DNA of 64,000 nucleotides from Octopus sinensis (lineage: Eukaryota). Where the stretch lies: positions 1,922,001 to 1,986,000 of the forward strand of contig NC_042998.1 in assembly GCF_006345805.1 (NCBI RefSeq), read 5' to 3'. This document shows, piece by piece, positions 25,500 to 38,751 of this stretch. A program made the translations under genes and the position numbers. The notes beneath the pieces are model-generated. The model did no database searches and was not told the origin of the DNA. It saw nothing but the letters and a program-made list of their open reading frames with translations. Within the stretch, counting starts at the first letter, position 1. Every line of letters begins with the position of its first letter.

Positions 25500-26220
25500 A
25501 TATATACGTATATTCGAACGTAGCAGATAACAGCTATTTTGGACCCCATTGTGTCCACTATTCTGATTGGCTGGTATTGGCGCAATTTGTCTCTTACTCT
25601 GTCGCGCTTAACAAATCAGTAGCCCTAAATAGAATCTGGTGAGACAATCTGTTCTCGATTCCGTTTAACCCTACAGCTCCTTATAAAACTCACCTTCTCC
25701 TCGTCTCGATGTCTTTGGTTCCAGACCTTTTAAGGTCTAGCCACTGACCACACGCACATACAGCCAGTTCCAGCGACAACACCTGTCCAACAGCATTACA
25801 ACAACCTCCGTCTTCGTCGCTACAACCTTCTTCTTAACGACCTCAACATCATTTCTACGTACACAGCTCAACAAGCAACTCGCACAGGTTACAATACTGC
25901 AGTGTTTGTGAATTATTTCACCATGGATCAACAGCGAATATACAACCTGCGAGAACTCCTGTACTAAGTAACCCAGGCAGTAGCATTACAGCGATACTTC
26001 GTACGACATGTACTGCAACTCCGGCTCCGCATCATGGCCGCAACTTCTTTATACAGTATTTCAACTACCGTCTACAATTGATTACGAACTGGTACTCTCA
26101 TCCCTTGTGTCTATGAACATTCGTCTAACTTCTCATTATAGACTTTTTCACTATAACTTCATTGCTATCCTTATATGTACTTAACATACACGCATACATC
26201 CATGCCTATACATACACACC
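25500..26220 (+). repeat. Dispersed repeat, LTR-like candidate (copy 2) inside the hAT element
   Basis: Homologous to 20640-21235 in inverted orientation. ATTGG boxes at ~25567 and ~25577; TTATAAAA at 25681. Confidence 0.65.
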
Positions 26221-26265
26221 GGAGGCTGAAGCCAAAACATTGGTCGGGTCTGGGAGGAGATCATT

Positions 26266-26565
26266 GTTCCTTCTCGAGCTATGCCTGGCTCATAAGGGCC
26301 GGTTTCCCGGTTTCCTTGGCGTATAGGTTCCCCACCTGGACGGGACGCCGGTCCGTCGCTGGTGAGCTGCAAGATGCAGGAGGAAAGAGTGAGAGATTGT
26401 TGTGGCGAAGGAGTCAGCAGAAGCTCGCCATTATCTTCTGCCGGAGCCGCATGGAGCTTAGGTGTTTCGCTCAAAAACACACACATCACCCGGTCTCAGA
26501 TACGAAACCACGATCCCTCGACCGCGAATCCGCTGCTCTAAACACTAGGCCATGTGCCTCCACAA
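26266..26565 (-). mobile_element. tRNA-derived SINE with 13-bp TSD
   Basis: Minus-strand head GTGGAGGCACATGGCCTAGTGTTTAGAGCAGCGG..GGTTTCGTATC. Flanks GGAGGAGATCATT (26253-26265) and GGAGAAGATCATT (26566-26578). Confidence 0.85.
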
Positions 26566-27210
26566 GGAGAAGATCATTAAATAAAGGTAGGCCTAATTTG
26601 TAATGCAAAGTATGTCTGAGCAATAAAAGTCGTTATATACTATTGAGAGAAAGTCTTTAAATGGAGGGCTACTAGAGAGGTTTCACACGCCAGAAACAAG
26701 TTATTGGCGTGCCATATTCGGCACGCGTGCCAGGGGTTGCCCACTCCTGGTCTAGTCTATTAAACCGACCTCAGTAGCTGGCTAGTATTTCATTTTATTG
26801 ATCTCGCCAGGCAAAGTTAACTCCGGTGATATTTGAATTCAGATTGCCACAAACGATGCTTCAACAAACCTAAAAAGCTCACTTGCACACGAAACCACAC
26901 ATTTATGGAGAAAAGAAGTTGGACTTCTGATACTGATTTTTCTTTTTCCTTTACTGTACACACAAATTCAATGTTTTACGTGAGGAAATTAAGATACTGC
27001 GGTGCACATGCTTTACCTAAGAGCAATAGTGATGAATGCCAAGTGAAATACACTCCATCATGTAATATGAAGAAAATTAAATTCAAGGAAAGCAAAAAAA
27101 GCATACCGTTGAAAAATACCCTTTGCACAATTAACCCGCATTTCTAGTGAGCCTTTCAACGACTCTACAAGTTTTAACTTATCAAAAAGGGGGGGGGGGT
27201 CTCAATACAA

Positions 27211-27507
27211 TCTTTATATATAAAAGTGAGGTTGTGTGTCTGTCTCCTACGATTTAGATTCCTAACTACTCCCACATTTTGCGGTGCAGTGTAACCAAAA
27301 CCGGGTATCTTATAGTCGTGACACATATCGAGCCCTTCTGGGTATTAGCGCGCGTCTATGATGAGTCTACGATTAAAAAAAAAATTACCATCATCTTTTT
27401 CCATTTTAATGCATTTTTTCGCTATTATATAAGGGAAGTAACTCTCTAAAAATGCTTATATAGTTATTTCCCTTACAAACCCGAGCAACGCCGGGCGATA
27501 CTGCTGG
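27211..27507 (+). mobile_element. Short non-autonomous Helitron
   Basis: A|TCTTTATATATAAAA start; CCGAGCAACGCCGGG hairpin and CTGG|T end. Confidence 0.78.
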
Positions 27508-27829
27508 TGAAATATAGATAAGTAAATTTTTATTTAGATTTTCTCCATTTACTTTATGATTAAAATGTATTGCAATATGCATTTTATAAGGCTCTTTTAT
27601 GTTTCGTTTTTAGTCCTCCGTTGCATAATCATTGTTTAGCTTTTAACTTTATAATTGTATTAATTATAATTTATTGATATATAATTTTTTAAAAATTAAT
27701 ATATATTTTTAATGCATAATTAACGTATACAACGTTAAATGCTTTTGCTAAATATTTTTCTCGCTACAAAACTATTACCAGTATCTATGAAGTATATCAC
27801 GACTAAAAAAAAAAAAGTCTTTTCTCACA

Positions 27830-28060
27830 ATTGCTCGCAGTGATGCACAATTGAATTCGTTAATTTCCGAAAACAAGCGGAATTTGCCGATCGACTCCTT
27901 TGTCGATTGTCGCAAAAACGCCATGACTGAAAGTTGCGACAAAGCTCGGATTTCCTCTACGGCACCTTCACCTCTCAATCGTAAGTCCTGCGAATGCTTT
28001 CGGAGCGAAATCCCAGCCGAAGCTTTGCAAATTTCATCCAATATATTCTCTTCTGCCATT
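27830..28060 (+). promoter_or_regulatory. CpG-enriched promoter/first-exon region of E4F1
   Basis: Local CpG density is visibly above the AT-rich background and surrounds the first coding exon. TSS cannot be determined. Confidence 0.5.
27923..27980 (+). CDS. E4F1: E4F1-like zinc-finger protein, coding exon 1 (MTESCDKARISSTAPSPLN)
   Basis: AACGCCATGA start context; phase-1 donor C|GTAAGT joins in frame to 33420. Chosen on signals and frame, not homology. Confidence 0.75.
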
Positions 28061-30329
28061 AAAATAAATACCAATATTAAATCTTGTAATTTTTCAGTGC
28101 AAAAACCTCTCTGCTAATCATTTGTGTATATTTCTTCTTCTACACAAATTGCATTCCTTATATACACATATACACATATATACACTCACTCACACATATA
28201 CACGCGTGTTTTCTATAGAAACCGATGCATAATTAAACTAATTTCTGTTAATTTCTTCCCATAAATCCTTCTTTTCGTTCTCAGTAAATCTCGATCGCAT
28301 TTTCCTGCCTTTTTAACCGTTTCTGTGTCCAGCAAACATTTAATCTTTTCTACTTTTACTCTCCATTTATTATTATTATTGTTTAGCTTTCAACTGTTTA
28401 TCTTTCTTATATATTTGTATACTTGCAATATTCCTTTCCGTTCAGGGCAGTCCCGATGCCGCCCGTCTCGAACCTCTCCACACTAAATCCATCTTCGTCG
28501 TAATTCCAGTGTTTCACTTTCCTTTAGGTTCCGAGTTCGAATCTTGCTCAACCAACTTTATCTTTCGTTCGCCTGGAATTGACGAAATATATCTAGAACT
28601 GTACTTATATATACACAACCCCTCTGCCATAAATATATAGAAATCATTGTTTTTATTATTAAAAGCTATGATCTGCCTCTATTCGCAGGTTTTGAGGGGG
28701 GAAACCTACTTAAAATGGTTTTTATTAATTGTTTCCTTTCACCAAAATGATGTCGAAGACACACAAAGAGTCATTAATAAATCAACTGTGTCTTAAAACT
28801 TTTTTCATAATTACTAAAACGATCGTTTAGCTTTAAATGATTCCTATTTACCTATTTACTACCGAGTTTCTTCGGATGGAGAATTGCAATATCATAGAAA
28901 GAAGCTTGAGTTTTGCATCTTTTCACGAGCAATAAAATCGCTCACTCCAAGGTTTTAGCATCTTTAGAAAATTAACAAGGAAATGTAAATTTAAAACATT
29001 TGTACTGTTCCTTGTTACTTTTATTATATTGAGGCCAAATGCCTCGCATTACAAGATTTCAGCGATGTTCAAACTATTTTTCCGTGTTCGATGTTCGTTT
29101 GTATTTCGCCAGTCCACTCGAACCGGATTTAGAGAAGGTGGTTGTTTAGACCTGGACCAACCGTCGTCAAGATGACTTGTAGTAAAGGGTGCCCCAATTG
29201 TGACCATCCTGTCTTATATTTAAGCAATATATCTAATACTACGTCATTTTTTTAGGCGGTAGGGTGGGATTTGAGGGCGATTTGGCTGCTATTTACACTA
29301 AGGGCTGCTCATGTAGAAGAAAATATTAACTATTTGTAGTTAAAATATGAATTCAAATTCTGAAGTTATTGATTTTGTGTAAGGGACCCTTTAACGTATG
29401 TCACCGGTGTCATTCAGTGGGGATTTACCTTGCCAGTGGCAGGCAAAGCTTATCCACAGTCCGAGCACCTCATAGACTTTATATTTTGAGCCGAATCAGC
29501 GTGTGCCTTTATGCATGCACACATGTATGCGTATATGTACGCATCAGTAAAGTTAAACAAGTATGCCACCAAGCACCTGCTTTGCCCTTGTAGCAACTGA
29601 TGATGATAGCAGCGCTACGCCACTCATATGGACATGCCTACCTGATTGAGCATGCGAGTGACTAGCATGTGTCCTAGTTTACCACACAAGATGTATTACA
29701 GAACGGATATGGAAAAAATATGATTAAAAAACGGTTACTGGGATTTCAAATGAGATGTAAAATTACATAGCTAAAAAATAGGTAACCCAACTTTCTCAGT
29801 GAATTAAATGTTAAGAAATCTGTACTTAATATTGTCTGCTCCACATATAATTTTCAGGCCATAGTAGCAGAAGATACATGCAATAGTAGAAAGAAATCTG
29901 ATTTGCATAAGGTTTCTATGTAAACAGAGTGATTCATTTCTAATATATTGCTGTGATTTAGTTTATTAATGAAGAGGGAAGTAGAAAGTGTAGGGTTTAC
30001 TAATGTTCTGTGATGAATGAATCAGAAGTATGTGGTGTTCTGATTGGCAAAACATTGTGTCAGAGCAATTATGAAATAAGAAGATAGAGAAAGCAACTCT
30101 CACAAACTGTGCAAACTATATACAGAGGGGGATGCTGTTGAAAAGGTGACAAGTTCAATAAGAAATTTAGTCTTCAGATAGGTGTCCACCAAGGTTTGTT
30201 TTTTTAGCCTTCTTTTGTGTATCATAGAACCCAATTCTCATAGCCAAATCAGAAGAAATATTAGCAGGAAGGTCCAACCATGGAAAAGCCTAGAAACAAG
30301 ATGTCTAAAAGTAAACCTTGGACAGTAGA

Positions 30330-30960
30330 GTTATTTAGCACATAATTCTACGACCACCTGGGAAATAGCCATATTTTACATGCTGACAGGGTATAAGTAA
30401 GAATTCTATACTGTGTAAACCAATCTGTGTACATAAGATGCAGTGGGATCACAGACTGACATGTGGAGAAGGATTTCGTAGGTAGATGGAAACGGTTAGC
30501 AATAAGAGTACACAGGAAATAAATTCTTTCAAATGTTTGGAAGACTCCTTTGAAATTGTTAACAGGTTCTGTTACTTAGGTAACCCAGCCAAGATTTTTT
30601 TTCTCCAAATGAAGGGAAGATTGTATGATGCTTGTGTATTAAGTATGGTATGACATGGCAGTAAAACTTGGGAATTACATATAGAGGATGTATGAAGACT
30701 GGAAAGAAATGAAGTGAGCATGCTCCACTGGATTTGTAATGTTAGTGGGGCTGAATAACAGAAAACAAATGAGCTGAGAGAAGAACTTGGTATCAGAGGA
30801 TTTAGCTTTGTATGTGAAGAAGACAGTGCTGGACCAGGTGAAGGATGATATTTGGGTAAAGTAGTACCAAGTGATCCAAGTAGGAGAAATCTGTTAGAGA
30901 CATGGGATTGAAAGTAAAGACTGGTTTCCAGGTTAAACCTTAGTCGTTGATCAGGGACCA
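30330..30960 (+). mobile_element. Degraded RTE LINE fragment related to the 54426-57593 element
   Basis: Remnants of VHIRCSG (PHD region), FCYLG, KGRLYDACV and HGSKTW. Confidence 0.65.
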
Positions 30961-33419
30961 CATATGGCAAAAGACTGCAAATCTGTGTACCCTTTGCAAA
31001 GATAAGTCTATTTTCAAATAAGCATTATTTCTGAATAACAACAGCAAAAGAGCATCCACCTGAACACTTGAGGTAATGGTCAAATCTCCTTAATATTACA
31101 CTGTGCTGTTTTGAACAAGAAAGGATGCACTGTATAATATACTCATAAATACATAGTGCTCAAAAGAACTGGATGGCTATGACTGGAACACTTTTGATCA
31201 AAGAGCTACGAAGTCAGTGCTGACTTGGAGTTAAATAACAAATAACTGGCTTGTTTCAGAAACTCTTTTTTACATGATTGTTTTTTTGTGGGAAATGAAG
31301 CCTGCTTTCTTTAATGTCAGATTATTTCTTTTTAAAGCATATAGATGTTACTTCCTATAGCTCTTGTTACATGGATTTACTCCGGGTTGGTGTCAAGCTT
31401 AACATTTGACAATTATTATGTTTAGACTATAGTTGAAGAAAATTTTGTTACAATGTGGAATCAAACTGAGTTACAAACTATTAGGAGCTTACTTTTGTTC
31501 CATGCTACAACGATTACAACAATTTATGATAACGTAATTATGTAATTCCATTGTATATGGTTCTTGCCTCACATAATAATCTACAAAATAATTTTCATAC
31601 ATTCTTTATACTATTTCTCAAATCAGCCAAATTATAATTCCAGCATAATTTGGTATCTCTTCTCTGTTCCTCTCTCACAAAGAGATTCCAGATTATGTCT
31701 CCTTTTCACTTTAGTGTCTCTGGTTAGGCCAAATCTAACATGCAGTCAATTATTTCCACTCAGTCTATGTCCACTCTAAGCTCTTCAACAAATTTTCTGC
31801 TGTGTCACTAGCCCTTTTGATACCAAATTGTCTGGGGCTGTCTCTAGCCTACAACATGGAATCAAACTGTGTTGCAAATTATTAGGAGCCATCCTTTTCT
31901 TTTAAAGTGACCTTAATTAAAACCTATCAAAATTTCATGTTAATTTATGTTCCAAGTACCAACTTAATAACAACAAAAGTTATTTTACTAAATTCTTCAT
32001 TATTTTCAAAGATAAAACAAAGGCAGCATATTTTTTAAAAATATGGTAAGAGAAGGGTTACATTGATGCTATTCAAATAGTCTTAAATATTATAGAATTT
32101 AGATGGGAAATTATATGTATTTGAGGAATAATGAATTTGTGGATTTCTTTCCCCTTAGTCACACACATCACTCACTGTAGGAATCAAATGTAAAATACTC
32201 AACATACATAACAAAAATTTCCTTGTAGAAAAGATTATATAGGAATAGAAAAGGAACATGCAATCGAGTCTTCTATGTAAAATGTTGTGGTTTTATAATT
32301 ACATCATCTGATTTACTCAAAATTGTTTCTAAAAAATCTTAATATGACATCAATACAAGTAAACTCAGTTTAAGATTTATAGTTGAACATACCTTTTCCA
32401 AGACCATAACTGGAATAAAAGGACTCTTATTGGGTGGGGAGTGGAATTATTGTCAAGAGCTTGTTTGTTGTGTGCTTATATTTACTCAAAAGTTGTCTCC
32501 ATAAGCAATTCCTATATAAAATTCTTCTTTGCTGTGGTAGAATACATTTAGGATATAATGTATAACTGTATAAATTACACAGCTTTTGAAAATGATCAAA
32601 TCAAACTACATAGGTAGCCTATACCCTAAAAACTTATAGTACCTTAAGTAGAAGAAATTAAAAACTGAAACTAGAGGAAACGTATCTATCAATGTAGTAT
32701 TTTGAAGTGATTGAGGAAAATACCATTTTAGTATTAAATCAGTGTGGCCTAAAACTGTTGCATAAAATCCCTGCTTATATAATTATAATGATTAGGAACA
32801 TGGTCAGTTTTGTTGCTAAATGGGTCTAGTTACTTGAATTCACCTCAGTACAAGTCAATTCCTTCCCATAACATTTCAATCATTGGGGGCACCTGGGTTT
32901 TTTTTTACCAATCCTTTTCACTCTTCTTGGTCCTGGACTTTCTTAATACATTTAACTAATTCTGTTTAGATTTAAATCTTGTAACTTCTATTTAAGTGTT
33001 TCATTGTGTTTGGCAACCCTAGTGGTACCCACTAAGATTATCGTTCTCAAGATAAGGGTTCTGTTGGACTTCAAGGAGTTTATTCATCTTGGACAAATTT
33101 TGTTTTTTAATCCTACTTGGTACCTACTCACCTTTCCTATGAGCCAGCCCAGCTGAGTGTCAGTTTCATCAATCACTTGACTACAAGTACGTAGTCCTAG
33201 ATTACATTGTTGCTAGTATCAGGTTTCCATCAACCTTTTGACAGATTTGGTCCAGAGTAGCATCTTTATCATTGTTCTTATGATAACGGTATGTACAATA
33301 GAAAAACATTATTTGTTTTGCGTATTTTTACAAGATCATGTGAAAATTTTCATTTTATTTAGACCTAGATTACAATTTATATTCAAGATTCTAAAAATGT
33401 ATTATTTTACTGTTTTCAG

Positions 33420-33668
33420 TTGACTTAGCCAGTGACAGTGAAGATGTCCATTACTGTAAGAGATGTAAGCAGGAGTTTACAAGTCTCCATTTCTACCTTG
33501 AACACAAGATTCAGCATGACAATTTTAAGGTGATATATGCAAGATCTACGTATGACCGTCGTGTGATCGTTCCAAAACTAGTCCCAAAAGAAAGCAAGGT
33601 CAGTAATCAACCATCTACGAACCAAAACATTGATGGTAAAGAAAATCAACAGAAACTTCCCAGAAGAG
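33420..33668 (+). CDS. E4F1: E4F1 exon 2
   Basis: TTTTCAG acceptor; DSEDVHYCKRCKQEF..EHKIQH matches the E4F1 N-terminal (EDDVHRCGRCQAEF..QHKIQ) motif; donor G|GTAAGA. Confidence 0.92.
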
Positions 33669-35177
33669 GTAAGACACAGCTTATGGCCTATAAACTCTCT
33701 CTTATCCCTTTGAAAGATTGATTGGGTGCCTTTTGGCAAATGTATTGATTGTTTTTAAAGCTGGATATATTTCTTAGTGCAAACCCTTCAACTGTGGTAT
33801 CAGCACATCAGCTAATTATTACTCAGCTAGGTGAGAGCACAAATGTATGTGGTCTGTCCAGAAACATAATGTACCTGCTTTGGTAGAAGTAGTAGGACTT
33901 TCGGCCATATGATCAGTAGTCCAGTTCTGTAGTCTTGCAGCCATTTTGCCGCACTGACAGTTATGTCTCGTTTTGTTGAATATCATTGAACTGACATCGT
34001 CTGGAAATTCTCTCTTTACTTATTTCATTTTAAACAAGCCAACATGAGGGCCTTCATATAAATTCTTAATTTGCTAGAAATAACAGCCAAATCTTTCTTG
34101 AATTATACACCCTCTGTTTTAAAGAGAGAAAGTGACATTATCTAATATTGCCCTAGATACCTTAAATAAGCCCTGGAGGGTCACTACTTTAATGCCTTTC
34201 ATCATGAATCTGCCCAATGAAAGTTGACTTCAGTCTAAACAACAACAGCATTTCAGACATACTCTATGCGGTTCTAATCACATTATGTTATGTGAATTAC
34301 CAGTTTCATAATGACTTGTAAAAACTAGTATTATACATGGTAGAAATAACTCAGAGAAAGAAAAGGATAGCAGTAATGCATACTCATAACATCATCATCC
34401 TTTAACGTCTGTTTTCCATGCTGGCATAGGTCAGACAGTTTGACCAGAGCTGGGAAGCTGCACCAGGTCCCACCAGTCTGATTTGGCTTGGTTTCTATGG
34501 CTGGATGCCCTTCCTAAAGCCAGCCACTTTACAGTGTGTGCTGAGTGCTTTTAATATGCCACCGGCAGAAGCACTTTTACATGGCATTGGCATGAATGCT
34601 TATTACGTGACACCGGCTTGAATGCTTATTGCATAGCACTGGCACAGGCCTTTTGCAGGCTGATCCTCTTCACCAGGAGATGCAGCCTCAACACTTCCAC
34701 TGTGGAGGACATGTCTTATCATCAACATCATCATCATATAATGTCTGTTTTTCATGTATCTCTTGTTGTCCATCTGTTATACTTTCATTTTCCTACTGTT
34801 TTGGAGCAACGGGAGGGGGGGAGATCTTGTCTTGTGAGTATTTGGTGACTTCACTAGTGCTAATGCCATGAAAAACGCACCCAATACACTCTAAAGTCGT
34901 TCGTGTTTGGAAGGGTATCCAGCTGTAGAAACTATGCGAAAACAGACATTGGAGTTTGGCAAAGTCCTCTGGCTTGTTGGTTCATGTCAAATCATCCGAC
35001 CCATGCCAGCATGGAAAAAGGGACGTTAAATGATTATATATATATATATATATATATATAACACTTGCTGTCAATTTGTTAAACAATCTTGCATTCTGAA
35101 ATTTCTATTGATGTTAATATATGTTCTCTGAACTAAGGCTTTTCTTTTTCTGTCAATATTCTAATAATTCATTGTAG

Positions 35178-35274
35178 GTGGTCGAGGACGACAAAAGGTC
35201 CCAGATGTTGATGAAAAGTTAATAACAGAGAAAACTACATATACGTGTGACAAGTGTGATAAAACATTTCATAG
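35178..35274 (+). CDS. E4F1: E4F1 exon 3
   Basis: TGTAG acceptor; GGRGRQK..YTCDKCDKTFH; phase 1 to 2; donor AG|GTATGT. Confidence 0.88.
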
Positions 35275-35522
35275 GTATGTGTTATAATTTTTATGGTGTG
35301 AAAGTTTTTATCTTGCAATGTCAGCAAAAATTTAGTTTGTATTATACTACTTTAAAATAACTTTTTTTTCATTTTAACACCCATTATATAATTTTATATA
35401 TTAGTACTTCTTTTGCTATTTAATGATTATTTAATATGTGTTATTTTCTACTGTAAGAGAATAATTAAACAACAGGTGTGGGTTTAAAATAACTAATGCC
35501 TCTCTATCATTGACCAGTTGAT

Positions 35523-35525
<3 letters not shown>

Positions 35526-35581
<56 letters not shown>
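35526..35581. repeat. (TA)n microsatellite
   Basis: Direct reading. Others at ~9981, 17411, 35794 (TG), 40955 and 49138. Confidence 0.97.
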
Positions 35582-35588
<7 letters not shown>

Positions 35589-35790
35589 GCACACATTTAT
35601 CTTCTCAGCCCATTTTCCCGGGATGGAATAGAGTCTTATCAGAAGTAACTGTCATTATACTTTCCAGCTGGGTTCCCAAGCATGACCACCTGAGATAAGG
35701 AATATTATACAACCATCTCTTTCTTGATCTCCTGCCATTTGGTTCAGCTTGAAGAAACCATCTTGCAATTCTTTCTTCCAATGTACATGC

Positions 35791-35850
<60 letters not shown>

Positions 35851-38489
35851 CATCATCATCATCATTTAACATGTGTTTTCCATGCTGGCTTTTGTTGGAC
35901 GGTTTGATGACAGAAGCTGCTCAGGCTGCAATTGTTTTGGTATGGTTTCTACTGCTTGATGCCTTTCTTAACACCAACCACTTTTCAATTTGTGCTGGGT
36001 ACTTCTTATTTGGCACTGGCTTGGGTGCTGTTCAAAAAAGAAGAATTAAAACCTTCCATCCAGATTCCATGTTCTAATTACTATTCTTTTATTTGTTTCA
36101 GTCGTTTGACTGTGGCCATGCGAGAGCACCGCCTTTAGTCAAACAAATCTTTGTAAACCTGGTACTTATTCTATCGGTCTCTTTTGCCAAACCGCTAAGT
36201 TACAGTGATGCAAACACATCAACATTGGTTGTCAAGTGATGGTGGTGCGACAAACACAGACACAAAGACACACAAACATATATATATATCATAAAATCAC
36301 CCACTACACTCTCGGAGTGGTTGGCGTTAGGAAGGGCATCCAGCTGTGGAAACACTGCCAGATCTGACTGGCCTGGTGCAGCCTTCGGGCTCCCCAGACC
36401 CCAGTTGAACCGTCCAACCCATGCTAGCATGGAAAGCGGACGTTAAATGATGATGATAAAACAGGCTTCTTTCAGTTTCCATCTACCAGATTTACTCACA
36501 AGGCTTTGGTCAGCCCGAGGGTATAGTAGAAGGTGCCATACAGTGGGACTCAACCCGGAACCACGTGGTTGGGAAGCAAGCTACTTACCACACAGCCACA
36601 CCTGCACCTACCTTAATAACGACAAGATTATTTTTCTAAAGTCCTCATTATTTTCAAAATTAGCTGAAACCAAGACAGCATATCTCAATAGAAATTTGGT
36701 AATAAAGCAGTTAACACTGTCCTTCTGTAATTACTAATAAACACTAAAATAATAAGTTTGCTTCAGTATACAAATAGTATACTTTGTTACTGATACCTGC
36801 CACTGAACTGTGACCATGCTGGGACACTGTGTTTCAGGGGTTTAATTGACCTTATTCATATCACTACACTATGTGTATCAATCCTTATATATCAAATAAC
36901 TAAGTCCACTGTAAGGGATGTAAATTAGCAGTCTCAATACCACAAGGTATTTTTGCAGTGCATCACTTTAACTCATTGCGCATCAATTTGCCAAAATGCA
37001 TGTATACACATATGTACATCTATCCTTGCACATACACACAGATTATCATAGTTTTAAAAGAAAAGGAAAGGACGGTTAAAATATTAATGTAACAAAATGC
37101 ATTATTGGAAAGGATTAAACAAACAGCATTTTTTACAGCATGGGTGGTGGTGGTGGTGGTAGCAGTTAGTAGTAGTGGTCAGTGAGAGTCATGATAGTAG
37201 TGGTTATGGTATATATATATATGATCGTTGCCAGAGCGGCTAACTGGCTTCCGTGCCGGTGGCACGTAAAAGGCACCATTCGAGCGAGATCGTTCCCAGC
37301 ATCGCCTTACTGGCACCTGTGCCGGTGGCATGCGTAAAAAGATTCGAGTGAGGCCGTTGCCAGTACCGCCTGACTGGCCCCTGTGCTGGTGGCACGTAAA
37401 AAGCACCCACTACACTCTCAGAGTGGTTGGCATTAGGAAGGGCATCCAGCTGTAGAAACTCTGCCAGATCAGACTGGATCCTGGTGCAGCCATCTGGTTC
37501 GCCAGTCCTCAGCCAAATCGTCCAACCCATGCTAGCATGGAAAACGGACGCTAAACGATGATGATGTATGTATGTATAGGTCTTTATTCAAGAAAAGACT
37601 TTCTTCAGTAAAAATTTTTTTTTCTTTTGTAGGGCTATTTTACCCAAGTGGGCACCAGTTTTGCCTATTATTGATTGATGATTCTAGATTTTATTCATTT
37701 GTTTATGTACTAATGTCCTTGGTTGGTTTGTTTTACCATTTTAGTACATTTTATTTCCAAAAGTCCAATCGTCTCTATGGGGACTTCATTCTTTCCAATA
37801 TTGGGGATATAATTAATAGTTTAAAGAAAGCAGAGAATATACATAGAATAATCATTTTTTAATCATAGTACAGTCAATTAATAAGTGCTTATTTTTTCGC
37901 CTATGTCACGTTTCGGCCAATTTTTATTGTGCATATTTGCACCTTTAAAGTGCATTATGGTCTTATAAAACAATGGCCTCCCCCAGGCATATTAGCTGCT
38001 ATTTTTTGCTTCTTTTGACAGAATTCTCTTGTTCATTTATTTTACACCCATTTTTCTTTGTTGGCATAGGGTTAATTGAATACTTGTTTGAGTATTTTAT
38101 GCCTGGACCACATGCAAGTATGGAAAAGTGAACATTAACATGATGATGATGCTCTTTTTGTCAAATAAGGGATTTTTTTTTATCCTATTAGACTTTAGAA
38201 AGGCAGGACTATTGGATGTAATGTTTTCCATTGCCAGGAATGTAAACACTTGATTTTTTAGGTTATGGCAAAGCAGTAACTTCACACACATACTCAAACA
38301 CACATGCACACAGTTTCTGTTTCCCAATTCCACTGACAAGGCATTGGTCAAACTAAGTCTATAGTAGAAGACACTTGCCCTAGGTACCGTGTTGTTAGAC
38401 TGAACCTGAACTCACATGATTGTGAAGCAAACTTTGTATTCTGTGAGTATGTATGAGTTGTCATCAAATTTTGTGTGTTTATCTTACAG

Positions 38490-38751
38490 AGAAGCTGCTC
38501 TACGTCGTCATGTCAAATACGACCACACAAACAGTGATGATAACGAAGAGGAGGAAGAAGAGGTGGCGGAAGTGGAGGATGGAGAAAAAGACAAGCAAAC
38601 TGAAAAAGAAGACGTAGAAAACAAGGATGAGAATCCAGAGAAAGTTGCTGTTGAAGATGTTGAACTCGATTATAAATCTGCAGAAATACCTGCTGAGGGT
38701 AAACCAACTCGACCATACACCTGCCAAATTTGCCAACGCAGCTTCAAAAAG
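38490..38751 (+). CDS. E4F1: E4F1 exon 4
   Basis: TTACAG acceptor; EAALRRHVKYDH, acidic tract, RPYTCQICQRSFKK; donor AAG|GTAAAC. Confidence 0.92.

Larger units (their letters stand above)
24933..26749 (-). mobile_element. hAT (Charlie-type) non-autonomous element with foreign internal cargo
   Basis: Perfect 15-bp TIRs CAGGAGTGGGCAACC / GGTTGCCCACTCCTG. Perfect 8-bp TSD GTCTAGTC (24925-24932, 26750-26757). Transposase C-terminus RCNLTDETSSACISLKVTNYKPDIKWLSSVIQQQKSH on minus at ~25345-25460. Confidence 0.93.
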
